DNA from: Octopus vulgaris | Taxonomy: Eukaryota | Direction of reading: 5' to 3' | Assembly: GCA_951406725.2 (NCBI GenBank) | Contig: OX597818.1 | Location: forward strand, 29,946,001 to 30,010,000 | Length of the DNA stretch: 64,000 bases | Part shown: positions 37,213-49,499 of the stretch, one piece after another | Layout: the number at the start of each line of letters is the position of its first letter | Numbering within the stretch: position 1 is the stretch's first letter | Made by a program: the position numbers and the translations under genes | Notes under the pieces: model-generated | Seen by the model: only the letters and a program-made list of their open reading frames with translations | What the model was told of the DNA's origin: nothing | Database searches by the model: none

Positions 37213-37232
37213 GTGTGTGTGTGTGTGTGAAG

Positions 37233-37581
37233 TATATTTGTCACTTAAATGTGGCTAACCACTAAGAGTGGATGCTACTGTAGCTGGTAGCCCCAGGAGA
37301 ACATCTTCTCCAGCTTTACACTTTTTCGAGAAAAAGGATATATGTATTTCCATTGGGACCCCTTCGCATCGAAGACCGGTGATTGTCATGCGCTGACGAC
37401 AGGTAAATAATCGGAAACCCAGGTCTGTGCATATCATGTCTTGTCAATGATGGGAAGGATGGCTTCCCTTTGCAAATACTGATAGGACACAGAAAGTGTG
37501 TCAATAGCCAGCTGGAGATGTTCTCCTTGGGCTACAAGCTATAATACCATCCACCCTTAGTGGTTAGCCACATTTAAGTGG

Positions 37582-37589
<8 letters not shown>
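37233..37589. mobile_element. About 357-bp fold-back element (~80-bp inverted arms) between microsatellites
   Basis: tatatttgtcacttaaatgtggctaaccactaag...tctccagct is mirrored by agctggaga...cttagtggttagccacatttaagtggcaaatata. Confidence 0.85.
37388..37432 (+). ncRNA. Minimal type I hammerhead ribozyme candidate
   Basis: atgcg-CTGACGA-caggtaaataatcg-GAAA-C-CCAG-G-TC-tgtgcat: intact core and GUC triplet; stems I and II weak. Confidence 0.55.
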
Positions 37590-37632
<43 letters not shown>

Positions 37633-37789
37633 CACGCACATATATATACATCTGTCTCTTTCTCTGTATGTCTGTATGCATGTATGAGTTTGGTGATAAT
37701 AATACTTATGACACCAACACACACACAAAGACACACACATACTCACATACACACAAGCATATGCACATGTGTAGGAAATAGATATTATC

Positions 37790-38190
37790 ATACATGCGAG
37801 GAAATCACTTCTTTTGTACGAGGATTCTTCTTTGTTAAAAAATAGTGAGAATTCTCTTGTTGATGTACCGATGGCGGCATATGATGGGGCTGAGTTATGT
37901 GTGCTGATAGGAGCTTGTATTTTGCACAATCTAAAGCTAGAATTCTCGTTTATAGACGCAGGATTATATAGGGATGATGGCCTTATAGTTACCCATAATT
38001 TAAACGGCCATGAATTAGATAAGCTTAGGAAGGATCTAATTGCTTTCTTCCAAAGGATGGGCTTACAGATTATGATAGATACTAACCTTAAAAGTGTAGA
38101 TTTTTTAGATATAAATTTAGATTTACAGTCAGATAAAGTTAAACCTTACCCTAAGTCTAATGATAAGCTATCTTATATTGATAGTTTTTT
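37790..38190 (+). mobile_element. Penelope-like element RT fragment
   Basis: LVDVPMAAYDGAELCVLIG...GLYRDDGL...VDFLDINLDL...KPYPKSNDKLSYID, typical PLE RT motifs. Confidence 0.85.
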
Positions 38191-38664
38191 ATGACTATAC
38201 CCACTATGATTTCTGTCGCCTCCCTCAGCCCCCTTTACGTCTTGCATATATATGTCTGCATATGTATGTGGTCTGTGTACATCTATCTGTGTATTTTAAT
38301 GTATATATGTATATTGATGGTTTAGTATGCGTCCAACCCATGCTAGCATGGAAAACGGATGTTAAACGATGATGATGATGATAATATAATGTTGTGAAAT
38401 ATTTAAATTTTTAATGTACTAATTGTATTAATTGAATTATATTTCAAATCTAATTAATAACAATATGTATTTTGAATCCGCTCTTCAATTTAAGGTTTTT
38501 CATCGATTTTTATATTTTGTAATTTATATTGAGTGCATTTATTTTGATTATTTTGTTTATCGCATGCTTAAGACCGTTATTTAAAAGGACTGATGAAACA
38601 AATCCATTTTTAAAGGTGTATCCTTTAACTAGTTTTGAACATATTGTTATTTCTGTTCTATTTT

Positions 38665-38717
38665 AACAAAACTGTCCGACGAACGGCAACGGGAAACTCA
38701 GAGTAACAGGTTTTGTT
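38665..38717 (+). ncRNA. Type I hammerhead ribozyme in a pLTR-like region
   Basis: aacaaaaCTGT-CCGACGA-a-CG-gcaa-CG-g-GAAA-CTCAGAG-TA|ACAG-gttttgtt: about 11-bp stem I, GNRA-capped stem II, GUA triplet, U4C core variant; AATAAA follows. Confidence 0.7.
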
Positions 38718-38779
38718 GAATTTTCTGCTGCTTTAAATAAAGCATATTACTCTACCACTGGTATTTGAGTACTCCTTTT

Positions 38780-39478
38780 GGATCTTTTCCTTTTGAATGG
38801 CAGTTTGTAACATAATTTCTAGGTAACTAAAAAGTTTTAAACTTCGTATACTGGTAGAATAAGTTTATAAAACATCATTTTCTCTTGGTTTTATTGAGAA
38901 AATTCTATAGTTTGTAAGATATGTCATCTGAAAATCCGAGCATTTTGGCAATTTTAACCAATCGATTACCTCCATTTAACTAAAATCATTTGCTGCATCT
39001 AAAACTGAGACAACATCCTGTAACTAACCCTAACCCTAACCCTAAACTTTTTTTTTTTAATTGTTAAATTAATGTAATTGTACGTATACGGAAAGCATGT
39101 GTATAAAATTATAAAATTATTTTGTTTGTTAATTGTTTAAATTATTTTCCATTGCTTCAGTTTTTTTTACACGCGTAACAATTAAATTAATTTAACAATT
39201 AAGAAAAATAATTTAGGGTTAGGGTTAGGATTAGGAAGGTTTAGGATTAGTTACAGGATGTTGTCTCAGTTTTAGATGCAGCAAATGATTTTAGCTCAAA
39301 AGAGAGCATAGGACTGGTTAAAATTCGAAAAATTAAACTACCTTAAACAAACAAATTATAATTTTCTCAAGAAAGCCAAGAGAAAAAAATCTTTTATTTT
39401 GACACATTCTACCAGTATACGAAGTTTTAAAGTGTTTAGTTCACTAGAAATTGTCTGCCGTTCAAAAGGAAAAGATCC
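38780..39478. mobile_element. About 700-bp fold-back/MITE with long TIRs and internal telomere-like repeats
   Basis: ggatcttttccttttgaatggcag... mirrored by ...ctgccgttcaaaaggaaaagatcc; (TAACCC)3 at 39025-39042 and TTAGGG/TTAGGA units at 39213-39250; a second left end at 42159-42275. Confidence 0.88.
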
Positions 39479-39619
39479 TGTATAGATGTATGTATGTATG
39501 TATGTATGTATGTATGTATGTATGTATGTATGTATGTATGTATGTGTGTATGTATGTATGTATGTATGGATGGATGGATGCATGTATGTATGTATGTATG
39601 TATACTGGTGGTGGTGTAA

Positions 39620-39873
39620 CATACCATACTAATCATATCTGTTGGGCATGTGGAAGAGAGTGTAATTTGGCAGGAGGACTTAAACGACATGCAAAGGTAC
39701 ATGAAGCCCAGTTACAACTTCAGCTGACTATTGCCAGTAAAGGTTTTAGTTGCCAATTTTGTACAAGACATTGTAGATCTTTAGCTGGGCTAAAAAGTCA
39801 CATTCGATCACAGCACCAGTAACAGTTAAGCTTCGTGCAATGGCCATACTCGATAATGAGGGGGCAGCCATCA
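39620..39873 (+). mobile_element. 3' terminal fragment of an RTE/BovB-type LINE with two C2H2 fingers, inserted in (ATGT)n
   Basis: CWACGREC...GLKRHAKVH and CQFCTRHCRSLAGLKSHIRSQH*, then a short 3' UTR ending ccatcat; no convincing splice sites; flanked by the tetranucleotide microsatellite. Confidence 0.6.
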
Positions 39874-40402
39874 TGTATGTATGTATGTGCGTATGCATAT
39901 GTGTACATGCATATGCATGTGTGCATGCTTATACACATGTATGTGTGTATGCATGTATGCATGTATGTATGTAAGTTTGTTGTACGTATGTACTTATATA
40001 TGTACGTGATTATTTAGGTAAGTTTGTAGACGTGTCTGTGTATGTGTACATGTGTATGTACATATGAACGTACGTTTATGTACTGATATGTGTCTGTTGA
40101 AGTTGTATACATGACTGTTACTTTATTGAAGGTTGTATACACACACTCATATACATATATATATATATATAGATACACACACACACATACACACATATAT
40201 ATATATATGTTTATGTGTGTATGTTTGTCCCTTTCACCACCGTCTAAGTTTGAATAGATACGTCTTAGATACATATATGCACATATAACTTTACTAATAC
40301 ATATATACAAGTATACACAATCATATAGACACACACACTCACAAATATGCGTATAATCTTAAAGTATACACACATCTACGCTTATCCATCTATACATATA
40401 TA

Positions 40403-41664
40403 TCAGGTCATCCCATAAGTTCTGTCCGATTTTACCTTTTCTAAAATTGAATGAAATTTATTAGTATTTTAGGATGTCTAATGGAATTAAAAATTATTTT
40501 TATGCATTTGTGTGCATTTAAACTAATTAAATATTATTTTAGAGAATAATAGAATTAAAATTTCTTTGATTAAAACCCTTTCTAACGTGAAAGTATCCAA
40601 AGAGCATTTAAGGCACATAATGCTTTATGAGTACAAAAAGGAAATTCTACAGCTGAAGCGACTCGAAACATACACTCAGTTTATGGGAAAAAATGCTTGA
40701 ATGAAAGAACTTGCAGAAGATGCTTTGCAAAATTCAGAAGTGGAGATTTCAGCCTTGAAGATGAAGATCGAACAGGGCATCCAATTGAGTTTGATGATAA
40801 GCTCCTTAAGGCATTACTTGAAGAAAATCCTGCATTATCAGTTGAAGAATTTGACAATAAAACTTAGATCAAACCATACAACTGTTCATCGTCATCTTCA
40901 ACAACTTGGAAAGGTTCCTAATCTTGGAAAATGGGTGCCTCATGAATTGTCCGAAAGCCACCGCAAATCCCGAGTTGACATCTGCTCTTCTCTCCATTCT
41001 CATGAACTCATCTCACCCTTTCTGGATAGACTTGTGACTGGTGACGAAAAATGGATCTTCTATCGAAATGTTAAATGTCGTAAACTGAACCACGACGAGA
41101 AGGGAACTTCATGGGAAAAAGGTTCTTCTCTCTATCTGGTGGGATTGCAAAGGAGTAATTCAGTTTGAATTGTTACCACCTAATGCAACAATTAATGCTC
41201 AAGTCTACTGTCAGCAATTAGAGCGTTTGAACCAAGCTTTGAAGAAATAAAGACCCGCTTTAGTGAATCGAAAAGGAATGATGTTTCATCAGGACAATGC
41301 GTGACCCCACATTGCAAAGATCACATCACAGAAGATCGAAGAGCTTGGTTGGGAAAAAAATCCTCAACCACCTTATTCTCCTGATCTTGCTCCTTCAGAC
41401 TTCTATTTGTTTCGTAGTTTACAGAATCATTTGGGGGACATAACTTTCGCAAGCCAGGTGGAGGTCGAAACTGACATTTCAGAGTTTTTCGCTTTGAAAC
41501 CAAAAGAGTTTTACATTGATAGGATTAAAAAGCTTGTAAATAGATGGAAGGAAGTCATAGATAATCAGGGAAAGTACATTGATGATTAAATTTCAATTAA
41601 ATATAACATTTGATCACTTGTTTTCTATATTCAAAATTCGGACAGAACTTATGGGATGACCTGA
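40403..41664 (+). mobile_element. Full-length (1262 bp) mariner transposon with a defective DD34D-type transposase (about 40588-41589)
   Basis: TIRs tcaggtcatcccataagttctgtccga / tcggacagaacttatgggatgacctga with TA TSDs; WVPHEL, TGDEKW, HQDNA, PYSPDLAPSDF and GKYIDD* motifs; frameshifts and stops. Confidence 0.95.
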
Positions 41665-42082
41665 TATACAGCACTATTTTCAAGGATAACGGTTAAAATT
41701 CAAATTTGCTTTCTCTTATTTACATGTGGAAATCCATTCATACATACATACATGTTGAGATGCATGATACTGAAATGCACATATGTAGTTATATATAACC
41801 ATATGAGCGTACATAGTTTCATACGTATGTTCGTATGTGTAGATGTGTGTGTGTATGTACATGTGTGTATGTGTTGTGTGAGTATGTTAGTGTATGAGTA
41901 TGTACATGCATGCATGTATGAGTATGTGTGTAGACATATGTATGTATTGTATATGTATGTGTGTAAAAAAATAAAAAAATAAAAAAAGAATAAATAATAA
42001 TAATAATAAAAGCAAATTTGAATTTTAACTGTTATCCTTGAAAATAGTGTCGTTCACACACACACACACACATGCGCGCACG

Positions 42083-42125
<43 letters not shown>

Positions 42126-42279
42126 GTATGAATGTATAGATGGATAAGCGTATATATGGGATCTTTTCCTTTTGAATGGCAGATGTCAACACAATTTCTA
42201 GTTAACTAAACACTTTTAAACTTCGTATACTGGTAGAATGTGTTTATAAAACATCATTTTTTCTAGGCTTTATTTATAG

Positions 42280-43450
42280 AATTTTTTGGAAAGTTCTTAC
42301 CAACCGCTTCACGGAACTGCAAAGGAAGATTAGATTTAATTTGACTTCCATACGGAATAACAAACCAAAGTTTTCCTAGTAAGTCAAATTGTAAGTGGTA
42401 CTATCTATAAAGATTGGTGAAATACCTCTAGAGTGAAAAAATGGGCTTAAATAACACTTGCCTCTCTTACCCCGTAAAGGAATTTTATCATGTTTTGTAT
42501 TGGTTTCAATATTAGAATTAAAGTCACTCTTCTTATTACAACTAGATTTCTTGTCTCGAATAGTAGATGAAGGATGAGATTGAGCAGAATCAATGTATGT
42601 GCCATTTTCTTTATACCCTGCTTTAACTAAAGCAGAGTTATAAAATTCTGCCTTGTCGTTAAAATTGTCATCATTGGCAGATAGTTTAGACAATCTAACT
42701 GAAATGTTTTTAACTAAATTCTCAGTAATTGCCCTAGCGTGATTACTGGATGGACTTATATACTTGAGATTGGTGGAAGGTTTGTGGAATGGGAAGTATG
42801 AGTTATTATGCAAATTAAGAGTAATATCTAAGAAGTTAGCTTTACTTATCTCATCGTCAAAAATGATGTGAAAGCACATTTTACGAAAACCTAACTAACC
42901 TATTCTTAACCTTCTGTATTTTTTGATTGGAAATGTTTGGGAGGTAAAGCGAACAATCATCACGATATAGACCTTCACAGATGTCTGGGAACTGGTCAGC
43001 CATTTCATGAAGTATATATATGCCGACTAAATCCGCAATTTGAGCAGAATCTGAACTTCCCATTGGGACATCGAAGGCGTTGGGATTATCCTTCCGGACC
43101 CACAACTTGTTATTAAGCTTAATGATTGATTTTCTGACAGCCAGTAACACATTAATTTCATCTCTAGAGAGACCTGCTTTATTGTGTGCATGCCAGAGTG
43201 CCTTATTGAGTATAATAGGGTTGATGGATGAATAAAAGCTAGATATATCAAACTGAATAAATTTAGTGTTAACCTTATTAGTAATAGAAGTAAACCAATC
43301 TACAACTTGAAAAGAATTAGACCATAAGCTAAATTTTAATTTATTGATTAATGTAGGGATATACTTATCTAAGATGTTTTTACTAAGTGTACCGATGTCT
43401 GAGCTGGAAGGACAGATAAGCTATAAGGATGGGTTGTTATAAAAGTTTTG
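42280..43450 (-). mobile_element. Penelope-like element RT-region fragment (second family)
   Basis: LICPSSSDIGTLSK, WSNSFQVVDWF, FIQFDISSFYSSI, FDVPMGSSDSAQIADLVG, GLYRDDC, NFLDITLNL, FHKP. Confidence 0.88.
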
Positions 43451-43583
43451 TATAAACGGAAAGTGTGTAGATAGTTTTAAATCATCCTGCATCAGGGACC
43501 GCTATAAAATTATTTACAAAAGTCCAAATATATATATATATTGTTTCTTTGCCTGTGTGTATGCATGTATGAGTTTGCTGATA

Positions 43584-46500
43584 AAGGAACTGAAGGGGAC
43601 CAAAAACAAAAACAACTAAACATTTGCAACATATGTGAGGAAGAAGGGGAGGATAAACAGAGGTCAGTTGGCTGTGAGCTGTGCCATGCTTGGTACCACG
43701 CAAAATGTGTGGGTTTTGGCGAATCACTGTTCAAGGCAATCAGAGCAGAAGCAAACCAAAGGGAACAGGAATCTGGCCTCTCTTGGTATTGTCCCAAACT
43801 GGGCAATTAGCTTGCCAGGAAGTTCCTCCTTAGATTTGGTATGATGGAGGATAGAATGGACTCTCTTGAAAGTGAGATGAAGGAAACGAAGAACAGACTT
43901 CAAAAGATTGAAGCGGGAGAATTCCCACCCAAGATGGCAGAAGCAGTGAAGACATTGTTAGTGGTAGGAGTTGGAGCAAACGAAACGTCGGGAGCAGAAA
44001 TCAGCAAAAATGACTTTGAGAAATTGATGGAGGAGAAAGCTAGCGAGCAAAGAGTGGAGTCGGAAGACAGAGCAAGAAGGAGCAAAAATTTGGTCATATT
44101 TGGACTGGATGAACCAACTATGGAAGATAAAGAGAAAAGAAGACAGGAAGATGTTGGCAGTGTAAAGAGGTTCATGAAAGCGATTGACTGCTTGGATAGC
44201 CTGCATGACCCAAAAGATGTCCGTAGACTTGGAAACCTTGTAGTAGCTAAAACAAAAGCAAAGAATTTTAGACCACTGAAGCTTTCATTCTCCAATCAAC
44301 ACTCCGGGGATGAAGTTCTCCAAACTTTCTGGAAAGTTAAGAAAGTAGCAAAAAAACAAAAAAAAAGCAAGATGAAGAGGATGAACCCAAGCTGATCAGA
44401 AATGTCAATATGAGAAAAGACATGACATCCTCAGAGAGGAAAGAGGAAGAAGCACTCTTCAAGGAGCTCAAAGAGAAACAAGATCAGGCCAAGCAGCCGG
44501 AGGACGACACAGCGAAGTGGGTGCGCAGAAATGGCAAAGTGGTGAACATCGGGAAATACCGGAAGCCACCACGAGAGGAGGAGGGCAATTAGACAGAATA
44601 AACGGAAAGTGTGTAGATAGTTTTAAATCATCCTGCACCAGGGACCGCTATAAAATTATTTACAAAAGACCAAATGTACATACGTTGAATAGCCATAGTT
44701 CAGTTACCTGTCTATATACAAATACTGACAGTCTTCTAAATAAAAGAACTGAATTAAAGGCCATGATAGAGATACATAAGCCTGTAGTGATGGGGGTTGT
44801 GGAGATTAAACCAAAGAACTTGAGATTTGACATCCAAGAGAGTGAAATCACCATTCCCGGATATGAACCATTTCACAATCTCAAGAAAAGAGGTTGAGGA
44901 TAATGCTTATATGTTAAGAATGAGCTGAGACCATCCTTGAATGGTGATTTAGAGATGGACTTCGAAGAGTGTGCATTCATAGATTGTAAACTATGAGAAG
45001 AAACTATAACAGTTGGACTGTTCTACAGGAGCCCAAATACAAGCTCAGAGGAAAATAATGAGAGTCTAAACAGATTGCTATTAAACATGGCAGACAAGAA
45101 ACCTCAATATCTACTGCTAATCGGTGACTTCAACTACCCCGATATAAATTGGGAACAAGACAGGAGTCTAAAAGGTGAGAACCATGCAGCGAACAAGTTC
45201 TTCATGGCGACAAAGGAAGCATTCCTGATACAGCACCAGAGAGAACCAACAAGAATCAAGGAAGGAGAGTGTCCAACTTTAGACGACCTGGTGATGACAA
45301 ACAGAGAAGACATGATCAATGATATCATTATAGCACCATCCCTTGGGAAGAGTGACCATGTAGTATTAATCATCAGCTTGTCCTATGCATACCAAGAAAC
45401 AGGAAAGAAAGAATATTTCAACTTTACAAAGGCAAATATTAAAGAGATGAGGAAAGACCTGGAAAATATCAGATGGGTGGATGAGCTGAAATGTCTATCA
45501 GTTGGAGAGGCATGGGAAAAGCTGCACAAGGAATTGGACAGAGTAACAGAGAAATATGTACCAAAGATGGGAGGCTCGAGAGCAAGAAGGAAGAAGTGGC
45601 TCGATAGAGATACACTTAGAACAGTGCGGCAGAAGCACAAACTGTATAGATGTTGGGCAAGATTTCAAACCTACATTAGGAGCAGAAATAAAGGGACAAA
45701 GGCATGCCATAAAGCAAAGAAGAAATTAGAGGAAATGGTAGCAACACAAGCCAAGACAAACCCGAAGTCATTTTGGTCATACGTGATGTCAAAGACGAAA
45801 TCAAAGACTGGTACTGCAGACTTGAAAAGAAGTGATGGTTCTAACACAATGACAGACAAAGAGAAAGCCGATCTGTTGAACACTTTCTTTCAGAGTGTCT
45901 TCACTGTAGAGAAGGAAAGCAATCTACCAGACATGTCAGAGTACACATATGACACAGAGCTGACCAACTTAAACATTTCTGTGGAAAAAGTTCACAAGCA
46001 GCTGACAAGCCTGAAGATTGCCAAGGCCCCAGGACCGGATGGAATCAGCCCACGCATACTTTCCGAGCTATCGGATGTACTCGCTCTACCAATCACAATT
46101 GTCTACAGAAAATCAATGGAGACAAGCAAAATCCCAGACGAGTGGAGAACTGCTGACGTCACCCCCATATTCAAGAAAAGGAGCCGTTTTGTGGTCAACA
46201 ACTACAGGCCAGTAAGCTTGACTTGTGTACTGTGCAAGGTGATGGAGGTGCTTGTTCGTGAGAACATCATTGAACACCTGCGGCGAAATGACCTCATCAA
46301 CCAAGAACAGCATTGGTTCACAAAGGGGAGATCATGTGTGATGCAAATACTTGATGTTCTTGACATCTGGACGCAGGGGGAGGACTCAATGCGATCTACA
46401 TGGATAACATGAAAGCATTCGACAGTGTCCCACCTCGTAGGCTTGTAGCCAAAGTAGAAGCTCACGGTATCAAGGGAAATGTCCTTCAGTGGATCTGGAA

Positions 46501-47604
46501 CTTCTTGAGCCACCAGTCACAATGAGTCTGTTTCAACGGCGTGAAGTCAGAGAGAGGAGAGGTGACAAGTGGCATCTCACAAGGCAATGTCATTGGCCCC
46601 GTACTGTTTCTCATGTATATAAATGATCTGCCGCGGCATGTCCAGAGCATGTTATTGCTGACGACACAAAATTCTTCGCAAGGAATTACGTTGATGTGAC
46701 CACGGAAACGTTGCAAGACGACCTGGATCGCCTTCACGAGTGGTCGATGAACTGGCAAATGCGGTTCCATCTTGAGAAGTGTTCCATCTTGAGAGTGGGG
46801 AACCCAAAGATGGAGAAGAAATACTACATGAGAGGCTAGGATGCACAGGGGGAACGGACTGTGATGGAGCTAGCAGAAAGTGAGGTGGAGGGGGATCTTG
46901 GCGTCTTGATCAACAAAGTGCTGACCTTCAGGAACCACATAAACCAAGCAACTGCAAAAGCAAATCGAATCCTTGGAGTCATCCGATGATCATTTCCCTT
47001 CATCACCCGTTGTCTTCGTCCAGCTGTACAAGTTTCTAGTTCGCCAGATTCTTGAATATAGACACACAGTTTGGCAACCCCGGCATAATGCAATGTGTTG
47101 CGAGTTGGAGGATGTTCAGAGGCGTGCCACCAAACTCATTGCATCCTTGAAAGAAAAGCCATACCCAGAGCGCTGCCTAGTCTCAAACATCACCTTTTCA
47201 GCGGGGATATGATCAACATGTATAAGTATACACACAGCCTGTACCTGATCAACCGGCCCCAATTCAACTACTTCCAAGGCAGAAATACGAGAGGACACAA
47301 CCTAAAATTGGAAAGATCACACTGTAGGCTCAATATTAGAAGCTGCTTTTTCGTACAGCATGTGACCCCCTCCTGGAACAGTCTGTCAAACAGTGTGATC
47401 GCAGTTCCATCAATTAACGCCTTCAAGAACAGGCTTGATGCACACTGGAAGGAGCTTCCTGCAAAATTTGACCCTGTCTGTTACTATTAGCTACAACTGT
47501 CGAAGTGTTGTACCACACATGACAAATTAATTGTACTAGTGGAAAAGATCTGTGAACAAGCTCCTAGGAGCTTCAACACGGAAACCATCCAGTATCCAGC
47601 ATCC
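43584..47604 (+). mobile_element. Near full-length CR1-clade LINE (ORF1 with PHD finger and RRM-like region; ORF2 APE + RT), disrupted
   Basis: ORF1: CNIC..CELCHAWYHAKC..WYCP, RARRSKNLVIFGLDE. ORF2: CLYTNTDSL, GDFNYP, LGKSDH, KAPGPDGI, NYRPVSLT, KAFDSVPH, LMYINDL, ADDT. Short (atccag-) repeat tail at 47587-47604. Confidence 0.93.
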
Positions 47605-48810
47605 AATAATTCTTATTACACTAATGATACACATACGCGCGTGCGCACACACAAAACACACAAAACACACACACACATACACACTCACATAAATATATAT
47701 ATACACTGAGGCTGTTTGTCATACATGATGCTGTTACTAAGCACTCAAACACCCAAGGTCTTAACTAATACAAAGTCATCTCAGTGACTTTGGCATTGAT
47801 TCATTCACCAATGTACTGCCTTGGAAATATGATTCTCTCTTCTCTATTCTTATTCTATTACTACTGCAATAAACCGTCCTCATTTAAACTTGCTACTTGA
47901 ATACCACTTCCACCAAGTCAAACCAAAACACCTGTCTTTCCTCATCTTTTAACCCCTACTGTTTCACACTAACTCCTTTACACAATCCTTCATCCCCAAC
48001 ATATCAACACTCTAGATATCTTGTTTTTGCAGATGTCAGCTTACAGATGTTCAAGCTGAACATAGACTTTATTGATCTAACATTTGAATGAAAATTGGTT
48101 TAATGTCTTATGACTGTGCACTGTCTCAGAGTTGGCATGAGTCATGTCATCTGACAAGCCTGGAGGGAAATTTGTTTTCAAGTTAGAATCAATGTCTACA
48201 AGTGATGAGATGTAAATTAAAGAATAAAAAAAAATTGATCTAACTAGTCTCTGAGGGTCTGCAAATGTTTCAGTTGCCGTCCTTTCCTCTTGACAAAGAC
48301 AGAAAAAATTCCAAAACCTAGAGTATCATTTCTGTTGTGTATATGTATATTATGAGATTTAGTAACTGTCTGAGACTATAGCATGCTTTGTGTAAAACGA
48401 CTTAACCCTCAACAACAGTCAATTCTCCTGGTTTCAAGTCAGTACCATAAAGGTATATATTTCACTAATGTAGGTATCAGAAGAAGCTTATAACTGATGA
48501 ATCAATTGGGAAGGTCCTGGGTTCTGTTTGATCTCCTTGTGAATTCCAACAATGACCAACTCAGCTGTTTGTGTACCAGATTTTATATAGTCTGAGCTTC
48601 CAGAGTGTGATTTAAGAATAATTTGGCTGCTATTTCTTGGGGATTAATAAATATGTAAACATTCCTTCATATTTACTCGGACATTTTTGTTTGAACTGTT
48701 ATATTAATAAGAAGGTAAAAGTTAGATGTGTGAAAATGAAGAAAAAATAAGACTTTGAAATACTAATATTTCTCAAGCTTACAGAAAAAAAAAAGGGAAA
48801 AAAATCTCAC

Positions 48811-48912
48811 CTTTAACTCCATCAAGCTGCTTGTTTGTCCATTTCCAGGAGCATTTGCTATTTGCAGGAGACCAATCACACTTTCCCTTTTGGAAACTAC
48901 ATTCCCAGGAAC
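48811..48912 (-). CDS. MAM-mucin gene exon 2 (SWECSFQKGKCDWSPANSKCSWKWTNKQLDGVK)
   Basis: Acceptor ttttcataatataaAG, donor GTgaga; 102 nt, phase 1-1; matches the MAM N-terminal C-x-F-x-x-G-x-C-x-W...W signature. Confidence 0.9.
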
Positions 48913-49499
48913 CTTTATATTATGAAAATATAAACACTATTAGCTTTCTGAAAGTATTGTGTACTGAAATAATTTTACTTTATTTTTAATATCAATTTTT
49001 TTTACATAGACTCAAGGTATTATGTTTAATATAGAAAGGCGAAATGAGATTCTGTGATGCTCATACCTTTCTCAATAGATTTAATTGAGTAAGTGAATTA
49101 AAATTTTTATATTTTAGACTTCATATTAAACAAGTAACTTAGTCTAAAAGCTTACATTCCTTCATTTAGAATAGAGTTCTCATCTTTCAAGTTCTGTTGC
49201 CCCAAAATGTTTGGTCTATGCCTATATTAGAAATCATAATATAACTATGCTGATAAATTGGTTATTTAACATCAACTAGCTCAAGTTAAAGAATCAGTAC
49301 AAAGGATTTGTATTGACATCGGAAATCTATTTTCAAATCTTCTTGTCAGATCTTTATGTGCACTGTTGCTCTTCAAGATATCCGTCAGATTGAATCTAGG
49401 AGCCTAAGAAAAGCTGTCTACTCATTTTTCTGGTAAGGCAAGAGAGAATATGAAACTCATGGACATAGTGTTTTGTTTGCTGTCTTGAATACACTTCTT

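Noticed and set aside
39451-39822. Possible host C2H2 zinc-finger gene
   Set aside because: No TGEKP linkers or convincing splice sites, the ORF start is microsatellite, and the fingers resemble RTE ORF2 C-termini.
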